Source: a bacterium
Lineage (GTDB): Bacteria; SM23-31
NCBI GenBank assembly: GCA_965249485.1
Contig: OZ252239.1
Span: forward strand, 1,984,001-2,048,000
DNA length: 64,000 nt
Direction: 5' to 3'
Positions 31,822-40,187 of the stretch are shown piece by piece. Position numbers and translations under genes: made by a program. Each line of letters opens with the position of its first letter. Position 1 is the stretch's first letter. Under the pieces are notes generated by a model. It saw only the letters and a program-made list of their open reading frames with translations, ran no database searches and had not been told where the DNA came from.

Positions 31822-33218
31822 TAGCGAATGAGACGAATCTCACGTGGTGGTGGAGCGAAATATTCTACTCCTCTTTCGGTGACAATTGCACCGTCATGAA
31901 GTCCGATATGTAAATATTTTCCTTCACCCCATTCCGGCATCGGCATATACACAAAGAATTCAAAGTAAAAGTGGTGATTAAGCGGGATTTTCATATCTCG
32001 CTGCCAATCCGGACCTAAAGGACTGATCCTTGGGGCATTTCTTCCTTTTCCTGCTGCATGTAAGTCGAGTGTGAACTGGGTTTTATCAGGATCTAATTCT
32101 TTGTAAAAGAGTTGTCTATTTACATAAATAAGCCCTTCATCTTCAATGTATCGCTTAAGGATCTCAAATGTTTCACCAGCGGTACGGCCCACTTTTATAT
32201 TATCTTCTAAAACCTTGCGAATTGTCAAAGCGTCTGTCCAGAGTTTTTTGATTTTTGGAGGCGGTTCAGTCTCACCTTCACGGAGTATGTAGCCGTAGAT
32301 CCACACTACCTCAAAGAAATTTCCGAATTTCCATTCAAAGTTATTATAGGTTTCTTGTTGGCCCATCTCTAACTTAATCAGGTCACCTCTTTGCAGTACA
32401 TAATCTTTATTATTGTTTCTATCACCGTCCTGACTCCAATAGGTATCACCTCCTTCAAGATCACCGAATTTGGTTACTCCGGGAACAATTTTATCAAAAT
32501 CACTCTCCAAAGATTCTGAAATCCACTCACGCATTTTTTTGAATAACACTATTTCGCTCTCAACACCTCTCGATATGAAATCCATTATCAGATATTCGGC
32601 AGAGACCATTCTCTCAGCATATTTATCTCCAAGTGCTTTGACCAAAAGATTGTAATCAGTATATGAAATCCCATCGGATCGCGGTCTTTCAGCAAGGGGA
32701 GTTCCAAGTTTTTCCAGATAATTCACACCTATACGTTTGGGATCTCGTTTGGCAACAAACTCTCCGACACCCTTAAATCGATGGTCTAATTCTGTTTCCG
32801 GGCCACCCGGCATCTCGACTCGTGAACCTTCCTCATTGATTATATCGTAGAATCCGCTTTCCCGAATAAGTTCGGAACTCCGACCGAAAAAAGCACGTTC
32901 GATCCTGTCACCACCACGGTCCGTAAAAATAAATACACCGGAGTTACTACCAAGATCAGCACCAATGGGATCGGGGTTTAATTCTCTCATTACTTGAATC
33001 CACATGTCGATTTTGTTCTCCCGCATGATGTGCGGTAGAATTATGTCTAACTTGTCCTTGCGAATTTGATTCTGCAGTTCAAAAAGATCGGCTTCTTCCA
33101 GAGCCTGAACATTAGTCATAGCCGTATCAGTTGCTACTGAATCGGCCACTTCCGGACTGCAGAAGGTCAGAAATAAAGACAAAGATACAATCGCATTTAA
33201 AACGTGTCGAGTAAACAT
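31821..33218 (-). CDS. M24 (pita-bread fold) peptidase-like exported protein, divergent ligands
   Basis: IDMWI..RE, RDPKRIGVN, DGIS, IVPGVT, LQRGDL, YILREGE, DLHAAG, YFEF; paralog of neighbour. Confidence 0.75.
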   Translation of the reverse strand: MFTRHVLNAIVSLSLFLTFCSPEVADSVATDTAMTNVQALEEADLFELQNQIRKDKLDIILPHIMRENKIDMWIQVMRELNPDPIGADLGSNSGVFIFTDRGGDRIERAFFGRSSELIRESGFYDIINEEGSRVEMPGGPETELDHRFKGVGEFVAKRDPKRIGVNYLEKLGTPLAERPRSDGISYTDYNLLVKALGDKYAERMVSAEYLIMDFISRGVESEIVLFKKMREWISESLESDFDKIVPGVTKFGDLEGGDTYWSQDGDRNNNKDYVLQRGDLIKLEMGQQETYNNFEWKFGNFFEVVWIYGYILREGETEPPPKIKKLWTDALTIRKVLEDNIKVGRTAGETFEILKRYIEDEGLIYVNRQLFYKELDPDKTQFTLDLHAAGKGRNAPRISPLGPDWQRDMKIPLNHHFYFEFFVYMPMPEWGEGKYLHIGLHDGAIVTERGVEYFAPPPREIRLIR

Positions 33219-33252
33219 ATATAGAATCTCCTTTATGATGCTTGCTCTAAGC

Positions 33253-34710
33253 TCAATGGATCAGTAAGATTTTCTCATTTGGCGGATGAAGAAATTCAAC
33301 CCCCCGGCTCGATACAATGTGGTTTCCTTCAATATTGATGACAGTCGGATATCCGGGTCTTTCAGGAAGGTTCGTACTGATCACATATTCGAATGAAAAA
33401 AGATGATTTTCTTGAACCGGCAAGTGATCCCGGTCTGACCGAAATGCTGAAATCGAAGGTCCAACAGTCACCAAAGTGCCCCCATGATTGCCCTGACTAT
33501 GAAGGTCAACAAAAAAACCTGATTTTTCAGTATTTGCAAGTATCTTCTGTAAATTTAAATAATCATCCGGAGATCTATCACTAAAAGGTGTATATAAATA
33601 GCCAGCGTCTTGCAAGGCTATGTTGATATTACTCAATGTTTCTCCGGCGGTTATGCCTACTTTGATTTGTTTCCGAATAATCTTTCGGGCTTCTATTGCA
33701 CGATCAAAAGCATGCTGCAAATTCTTTGGAACACTTGTTTCCCCTTCCCTCATAATATAGGCATTAAGTTTATAATCTGTCGAAAAGTAGTCAAGATATC
33801 GTACTCCGTTATCAAACTGCATAAAATCCCCCCGCTGCAATACATATTGAGGTGAGTTTGATGATGAAAAACTGCCCCGACTTGATGGAAGGCCCCGCGT
33901 TTCGGGTTGATCTGAAACGGCTGAATAGAGAACTACCGGAGTACCTGCCCCGGTACTGTATCCTTGTGTTAATCCCCGCTTGAAAAATTCCTTTTTAACC
34001 CACCAGCCTACATCTTCTAATGTTGTTACACCCGGCGTTATAATTTCATTCGATAAAGAACGTTCAAGAATCTGACGATGTATCTCAAGCGCATTCGTCA
34101 TGAGAGTAACTTCCCTGAGAATCCGTCTTGAACGATAATCGGTGATAACTCTTTCTGCAGAGATAATCCTCTCTGAATATTTCGGTCCTAATATCTTTTC
34201 CAGTTTTATATATTGTGTATACGATATCCCATCTGCTATAGCGAGCCAGTCGGAAAAATTTACTGCGATTGTATTCGGGTCACGCTCCGCAACAAATTGA
34301 GTTATTTCGTCGTAAACTGAAAAGTCCTGAGTGTTATAATCATATCCGGTAATTGCCCGGGAAAGTTCGTGAGAACCATAGATATCAAAATCTAAAGCTC
34401 CGGCGCCGCCAAAACCACCGCCAAACGAGGCCCGCTCGATCCTGTCTCCAAGGTCGGTAAATATCATATAACCGGACGTATTCCCAAACTCCCGAAACAT
34501 TGGATCTTGATCTCCGGCACGTGTGACATGGATCCACATGTCCACATTATTATCCCGCATAGCTCCCGGCAATATCAGGTCACGTTTTTCGTTGCGAATA
34601 AGTTGGAGAACTTCGGAACCGGTTTTTGCGGTATGTACACCAGGCTGTGCATAGGTATTTGGTACTGTGAACAGCATAGCTATTAAGAATATCATAACTC
34701 TAGATAGCAT
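33253..34710 (-). CDS. M24 family metallopeptidase-like secreted protein
   Basis: Signal peptide; LQRGDFMQFDNG, STD, DLHSQGNHG, SFEY, NIEG metal-ligand pattern. Confidence 0.8.
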   Translation of the reverse strand: MLSRVMIFLIAMLFTVPNTYAQPGVHTAKTGSEVLQLIRNEKRDLILPGAMRDNNVDMWIHVTRAGDQDPMFREFGNTSGYMIFTDLGDRIERASFGGGFGGAGALDFDIYGSHELSRAITGYDYNTQDFSVYDEITQFVAERDPNTIAVNFSDWLAIADGISYTQYIKLEKILGPKYSERIISAERVITDYRSRRILREVTLMTNALEIHRQILERSLSNEIITPGVTTLEDVGWWVKKEFFKRGLTQGYSTGAGTPVVLYSAVSDQPETRGLPSSRGSFSSSNSPQYVLQRGDFMQFDNGVRYLDYFSTDYKLNAYIMREGETSVPKNLQHAFDRAIEARKIIRKQIKVGITAGETLSNINIALQDAGYLYTPFSDRSPDDYLNLQKILANTEKSGFFVDLHSQGNHGGTLVTVGPSISAFRSDRDHLPVQENHLFSFEYVISTNLPERPGYPTVINIEGNHIVSSRGVEFLHPPNEKILLIH

Positions 34711-34824
34711 AACGTTTTCCTCTCATTGATTTACTTACTTTGTGTGGGAGATAGGGTGGGGGGCATTGCATAACGGATACAATCAGCACTCACATAATTA
34801 GCTATAAGTCTAATAAAAACATTG

Positions 34825-34897
34825 TGCGCCATCAGGGGATCGAACCCCGAACCTTCGGATTAAGAGTCCGCTGCTCTACCAGTTGAGCTAATGGCGC
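34825..34897 (-). tRNA. tRNA-Lys (anticodon CTT), CCA not encoded
   Basis: GCGCCAT/ATGGCGC acceptor stem, TAGCTCAACTGGTAGAGC D arm, CTCTTAA anticodon loop, GTTCGATC T loop. Confidence 0.97.
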
Positions 34898-35653
34898 AAG
34901 GATTTTAAAAGTGTCTATAGTCTCTACACGTAAACCTTCTCACTTTTCTCTAAATTTATAATACTCAGTCACTTATAATTCTAAGATGATGGGTGTTGTT
35001 ATTGTTATATCAGATGAGAATCAGAGTTCTTTTTAATTTTTGGGCAATCCAATATATCATTTTTTAAAGAGACATTCAAGAATATTTAGAAGCAAATTAA
35101 TTTCTATCATTTTAACCGATCCGTTGTAGGTGTAAACAGAATAAAGTATAATAAATAATTGATAGCTTATGAGCGTATACAATAGTTAACATTAACAATT
35201 AGGTTAAATACCAATTGATTTAGAAAGGATAACTGATTACACTGATACTATTGAATATTATTAAAGGAAAATTTATAGATAAATCTCCTGATGATTTCTC
35301 GATAAACATCCGTGAACGTAACGCCTGAGAATGATAATAGTAAATCTTTGATGTCTTTTAATTCAGGCGATCTCAAATGCGGATCGTTTTCCTGCCTGAC
35401 TCAATGTAAATCGGTCAAAATACTCATCCCGATTAATTGCACTTATCTGAACAGTTTTTGGTACAATTGCACAAATTTATTACTATAGTTTATCTTGATC
35501 ACATTGTTTAGTTATTGTTTTTAATAAACTTGTGAAGATTTCGGTGTAATGGCATGCATTTTGTACAATTAACGATGATGTGTTGTATCGACAATCGTGT
35601 TACATCCATTAATCCTCAATGTAATGTATACCAGTTTTTTACATAGTAGTAAC

Positions 35654-35669
35654 TGTGATATAACGCACA
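35654..35669. promoter_or_regulatory. CRP/FNR-family binding site (near-consensus)
   Basis: TGTGA-tataac-GCACA. Confidence 0.5.
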
Positions 35670-35692
35670 TACTATCATTGAAAATAGGATTG

Positions 35693-35708
35693 TGTGATAT
35701 GTCTCACA
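35693..35708. promoter_or_regulatory. CRP-family binding site (perfect core consensus)
   Basis: TGTGA-tatgtc-TCACA, about 215 bp upstream of the 35922 ORF. Confidence 0.65.
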
Positions 35709-35921
35709 CTTTTTTATGAAATAATTTGTTATATTGTCAGCGCATGGAATTGAGACCTTAATTGCAACAATGGCGCTGTTGTATTGTTCTTTTTAGCAAT
35801 CTTCCAAACGTGACTCAAAATGTACATATTCAATGCAGTTCGATTTATGAAATTATACTATTCTTAGGTCACTATGAATTAACCAAATTGGTAAACCGAA
35901 CAAACACTTAAACATAGGGAG

Positions 35922-36722
35922 GTGCGTATGAGCACACCTTTAATTTATCGAATCGCAATACTACTTATTATGGTATTTGCGGTGTCAATGCCCGTATCAC
36001 TTATGGGTCAACAAACACCCCCAGGGGGTGAATATGAGCAGCCAGATTTTGCTGTTGTTGAAGAGCTGCTGAATGAACTCGGTGCCAATAAAGACCCCTT
36101 TGTAATTGCCGCGCTCTTAAGGGGCAATTTTGATAGACTGAATGGAGCTACTGTAGCGGAGTTTCTTATGAAATTGGGAGGCGCACCTCACGAATTCCTG
36201 ATGGAAGAACTCGGGAATGCGGTTGAGAACCAGCCTGGTTCCCGACCAATGGAGGATATCCTGAGTGAAATCCTGAATGCTCCACCTGGAAGTTTTCAAC
36301 CTCCGGCAGGTGAACATTATCCTCCTCCAGGCGGCGATATGCCCCCAGGTGGCGATATGCCTCCGGGCGGTAATTACCCGCCTCCAGGTGGTGATATGCC
36401 TCCAGGTGGTCAGTATCCACCCCCTGGCGGTGACATGCCTCCAGGCGGTGCAGGACAGTATGATGAGCCTGAAGTACCCGATTTTGCCCTTGTTGATGAA
36501 TTGCTGAGCCAAACCGGTGATCAGCGGGATCCTGTATTTATTGCGAATTTGTTCAGGCAAAATCTTGACAGATTGAATGGTGCAACAGTAGCCGAGTTTT
36601 TGATGAAGCTGGGCGGAACACCTCATCAACACCTTATGGAAGAGCTGGGGATGGCTGCTGACAATCAACAGGGCGCACGGCCGATGGAAGATGTTATTCG
36701 AGATATATTAAATCAGAATTAA
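35922..36722 (+). CDS. Secreted protein with two ~80-aa homologous acidic domains joined by a PPGG-repeat linker
   Basis: Signal peptide; PDFA.V.ELL...DRLNGATVAEFLMKLGG.PH..LMEELG...RPMED occurs twice; RBS gggagg. Confidence 0.8.
   Translation: MRMSTPLIYRIAILLIMVFAVSMPVSLMGQQTPPGGEYEQPDFAVVEELLNELGANKDPFVIAALLRGNFDRLNGATVAEFLMKLGGAPHEFLMEELGNAVENQPGSRPMEDILSEILNAPPGSFQPPAGEHYPPPGGDMPPGGDMPPGGNYPPPGGDMPPGGQYPPPGGDMPPGGAGQYDEPEVPDFALVDELLSQTGDQRDPVFIANLFRQNLDRLNGATVAEFLMKLGGTPHQHLMEELGMAADNQQGARPMEDVIRDILNQN
36318..36449 (+). repeat. Coding tandem repeat (YPPPGG/DMPPGG units)
   Basis: YPPPGGDMPPGGDMPPGGNYPPPGGDMPPGGQYPPPGGDMPPGG with synonymous variation. Confidence 0.85.
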
Positions 36723-36760
36723 GCATTGTAATTGTCATATTATTATACGTAATTGTATGC

Positions 36761-36873
36761 CATCGGTATGAGGGACTATGTGTCCTCATACCGGTGTCGT
36801 ACAGGATATCTTCAACCCAGTTAATATTTCGAAATGTATAAAATCTCTCACCATGTACATGGGAGAGATTTTA
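36761..36873 (+). terminator. Two intergenic stem-loops (stabiliser/partial terminator)
   Basis: catcggtatgagg / cctcataccggtg and taaaatctctc-ccatg / catgg-gagagatttta. Confidence 0.6.
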
Positions 36874-36910
36874 TGCTTGAGATGTATTCCCATTCTATTA
36901 CCATGTTACC

Positions 36911-39685
36911 ATGAGTAATTTACTGACAGCAATTTCATCTAAAGAGCGCGCAAAATTTTTTTACTCCTGTTTTGGTTTCATGTGCGTTACTTCTGCGGCA
37001 CTCTTAGGCCGTACGGTGGGAGATACGCTTTTTCTCAGCAGATTTGGTTTCGATTATCTGGCATATATGTATGTCGGCACTGCTCTCATAGTCGGAAGTG
37101 TATTATATTTTTTTGGTATAATGGCTGGAAAAATGCCGCTCGAAAGACTCATAGTCTATACTTCTCTCATGCTAATACTGGTAGTGCTGGGATTGAGAAT
37201 AGGCCTTGCATTTCCCTGGGGCGGATTCAGTGTTGCAGCGTATCTGGTTGCCGATCTGCTCGTGTATTATCCGATGCTACTTTTTTGGAGTTTTTCAGCT
37301 CTGATATTTGATCCTCGTGAAGCAAAGCGATTATTTGGCTATATCGGCGCAGCCGGGACGGCCGCCTGTATTATTGCAGGTTATAGTATTCGTCCTTTGT
37401 CTGCGAGTTTCGGAACGGCAAATCTTTTTATTCTCATTTCGCTCCTCGTAGCTGGATTTATATTTGCCACAGTCCGCTTGTCCCAATTTAAAGCGGGTCC
37501 TTCACCTGCGGATAAGAGCAGTGGAAAAGCACACGTTAATACTAGTAATGTTTCGTTGATGTTCAAGTCAGATCAAATTCGGACACTTGCTTTTCTTGTA
37601 TTGGCTGGTACGGTTGCTCTCATCCTGACTGATTTTCAATTTAAGGCAGTGGCGCAGCAGGAATATATCGGCACCGATCTTGCGGGATTTTTTGGTACTT
37701 TTTATGCCGCAGCAAATGTTGTAGCGCTCTGCATTCAACTCTTTCTTGTACACCTTATTTTTCAGCGAGGTGGACTCTTGTTTGCGCTCCGAATACTCCC
37801 AATCGGATTATTCATTACGTCAGTGATTACCGTAATAACAGGTACTTTTGGCTGGATCATTGCCTCAAAATTTCTCATTCAGATATTCGCATTTACTATC
37901 GATATAATTGCACTTCAGTTATTATATCTTGGTGTTAAAAAGCAGTCCCGAAGCAGGGCACGCGTGTTTATTGATGGTCTTCTGAAACCCGGAGCGATTG
38001 CAGTTACCGGAATTGCAATGATTATTCTGAGTAGAGTAATGCCGATTCACTATCTGGCGTTGGGTTGTGCCGTAGTAACTTCCTTATGGTTTATTATATC
38101 AAAAATGAGCCACACTGCATATCTGACATCACTACTGGAATCTCTGGGAAGTAAAAGGTTCGATATGTCTCAGGAATCTGTTTCAATACACGACAAAGAA
38201 TTTGAAAATAGTGTCAGAAATATACTTATGGCAACACCTGATGATGAACTGCCTTATATTCTTGATCTTGTTTATGAGATGAGTCAGATTGATTGGGCAC
38301 CAGAATTTAGAGAACTGCTAAATCGGGAAAGTGCAGAGGCAAAGAAAGCGGCAATACAATATCTGGAAAGTAAAGGAAATGCCGACGATCTGAGCAATAT
38401 CATATCCTATATCAACCATCCTGATGCATCGGTTCGTGCAGTAACAATATCCGCTGTCTGCACATTAGGTGAAGACGAAACATGTGAAACAATTATACCA
38501 TATCTTGAAGATCACGATCTTCCAGTTCGCATTGCTGCAATATCCGGTTTCATGACTCGTGATAATTCGGACTATTTACAAAAAGCACGGAAGCAACTGA
38601 ATGCTCTGCTGGAATCGGACAATTTTGAAGAACGTATTGCAGCAGCCCAAATATTTGCACAAATTCCTTTCGATGATAACATTCAGGATTTTACCAATCT
38701 TTTGAGTGACCCGAATTTTTCAGTTCGCATTGCTGCGCTACATGCATGCAAAGGGAGGTTTCATGCACAATTAATTGCCCCGATTTTTTCGCAGCTGGCA
38801 GAAAAAAGCACCGCGGCTGAAGCGGCAAAAATTCTGGTCTCATTTAAAAATAGCGTTGTTGAAAATCTTAATTCAACGTTAGAATCGAATATTCATACAG
38901 TGTCTTTTGAAGGTGTTTATTATATTCCTTCAATTCTTGCTAAGATTGGCGATTCAGCGAGTTTACCTGTTCTCAGCAGTGCATGCGAATCGTCGAACAT
39001 ACAATTACGGAGTTCGGCGGTTAAGGCATATTGTAAACTGATTCAAAATGAGTTATCGGTTACACCGTATAGTGAAGAACTCAAGAATGCAGTATTACGT
39101 GAAAATAATACAGCAGAAGAACAGCGGAATATTCTTGGCAAGGCTGAATCTCCGAATCATTCTCACATGCTTGCTGAAGCATTACGAGAAGACTATAATA
39201 GTATGCTCAAAAATATTTTTTCTTACCTTGACGTTCTGCATCCTGGTGTCGGCATTGAAGCTGTCTACAAGAATCTTATTGGCGGACAGAATGAAAACCG
39301 TGCCAAAGCACTGGAAGCTCTTGACAACCTGCTTGAAGGTGAAGTAAAGACTCGTATTTTGAAACATCTTGAAGCTTCGGATAAAAAATCGATATCAATG
39401 TCTGATGAGGAAGTGAATCGGTTTGTTACACTCTTAGAGGCATACGACTCTGCTTTAATAAAAGCCGGAATCCTCTATGTAATCGGAAAAAACAAACTTA
39501 AGTGTTCAATCAAAACGGTTGTAGATGCATTGGATAACCGTAGCACAATCATAAGAGAGACTGCTCTTCTTGCATTAGGTTCAATTGGTGATCGGGAATT
39601 GGTTCTCAGTACTTCAAATAAACTTATTGACGATTCTCAGCCCGAAATACGAAATCTTGCACAACAGCTCAAAGATACAAGATGA
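36911..39685 (+). CDS. Npt1/Npt2 (TLC, NTT-like) MFS domain fused to HEAT repeats
   Basis: DTLFLSRFG, FWSF...FDPREAKRLFG, DFQFK, LAGFFG in the TM N-half; C-half repeats HPDASVRA, DLPVRIAAI, DPNFSVRIAAL, IIRETA. Confidence 0.85.
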   Translation: MSNLLTAISSKERAKFFYSCFGFMCVTSAALLGRTVGDTLFLSRFGFDYLAYMYVGTALIVGSVLYFFGIMAGKMPLERLIVYTSLMLILVVLGLRIGLAFPWGGFSVAAYLVADLLVYYPMLLFWSFSALIFDPREAKRLFGYIGAAGTAACIIAGYSIRPLSASFGTANLFILISLLVAGFIFATVRLSQFKAGPSPADKSSGKAHVNTSNVSLMFKSDQIRTLAFLVLAGTVALILTDFQFKAVAQQEYIGTDLAGFFGTFYAAANVVALCIQLFLVHLIFQRGGLLFALRILPIGLFITSVITVITGTFGWIIASKFLIQIFAFTIDIIALQLLYLGVKKQSRSRARVFIDGLLKPGAIAVTGIAMIILSRVMPIHYLALGCAVVTSLWFIISKMSHTAYLTSLLESLGSKRFDMSQESVSIHDKEFENSVRNILMATPDDELPYILDLVYEMSQIDWAPEFRELLNRESAEAKKAAIQYLESKGNADDLSNIISYINHPDASVRAVTISAVCTLGEDETCETIIPYLEDHDLPVRIAAISGFMTRDNSDYLQKARKQLNALLESDNFEERIAAAQIFAQIPFDDNIQDFTNLLSDPNFSVRIAALHACKGRFHAQLIAPIFSQLAEKSTAAEAAKILVSFKNSVVENLNSTLESNIHTVSFEGVYYIPSILAKIGDSASLPVLSSACESSNIQLRSSAVKAYCKLIQNELSVTPYSEELKNAVLRENNTAEEQRNILGKAESPNHSHMLAEALREDYNSMLKNIFSYLDVLHPGVGIEAVYKNLIGGQNENRAKALEALDNLLEGEVKTRILKHLEASDKKSISMSDEEVNRFVTLLEAYDSALIKAGILYVIGKNKLKCSIKTVVDALDNRSTIIRETALLALGSIGDRELVLSTSNKLIDDSQPEIRNLAQQLKDTR

Positions 39686-39761
39686 AGTTGCTTTTAATAT
39701 CTTTTAGTGATACAATAATACTTTGTACATAAAATCAACGTGTAAAATCCTGATCTTTATC

Positions 39762-40187
39762 ATGATAATTGTTGAAAAAATTATATTTCTCCGCAATGTT
39801 CATCTCTTTTCCAATATGCCTCTCAGTGGACTTGAACATCTTGCCGGTGCTACGGAAGAGGCTATATACTCAGCTGGTGAATCCATAATCCGGGAAGGCG
39901 AATACGGGGATAGTATGTATCTGATTGTTGATGGAGAGGTCCGAATTCACATAGGTGAGAAAGAGTTGTCAGTGTTCAACGAAAAAGATTATTTTGGCGA
40001 GTTGAGCATTATTGATGGAGAACCCCGTTCTGCGTCAGCGTCGGCACACACTGACTGTCTTCTTTTGAAAATAAACAAAGAAGAATTTAATGAGATATTG
40101 AAGCAACACTCAGATTCTGCATTGGCTATAATTCAGGCTCTTACTCGTGATCTTCGCAACGAAAGGAGTAAAAAAACTCATGAATAA
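39762..40187 (+). CDS. Stand-alone cyclic nucleotide-binding domain protein
   Basis: EKIIFLRNVHLFS, IIREGEYGDSMYLI, phosphate-binding cassette YFGELSIIDGEPRSASA; no HTH. Confidence 0.9.
   Translation: MIIVEKIIFLRNVHLFSNMPLSGLEHLAGATEEAIYSAGESIIREGEYGDSMYLIVDGEVRIHIGEKELSVFNEKDYFGELSIIDGEPRSASASAHTDCLLLKINKEEFNEILKQHSDSALAIIQALTRDLRNERSKKTHE

Noticed and set aside
35550..35565. Sigma-54 promoter TGGCATGCATTTTGTA
   Set aside because: The -12 element is GT rather than GC and it lies far from the start codon; too weak to call
36318..36449. CRISPR-like repeat array
   Set aside because: Repeats are in-frame coding units with no unique spacers, and no cas genes are present
36117..36668. Antisense and alternative-frame ORFs over the PPGG repeat, and other short shadow ORFs in the track
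   Set aside because: They overlap well-supported genes and have no motifs; they are by-products of codon structure
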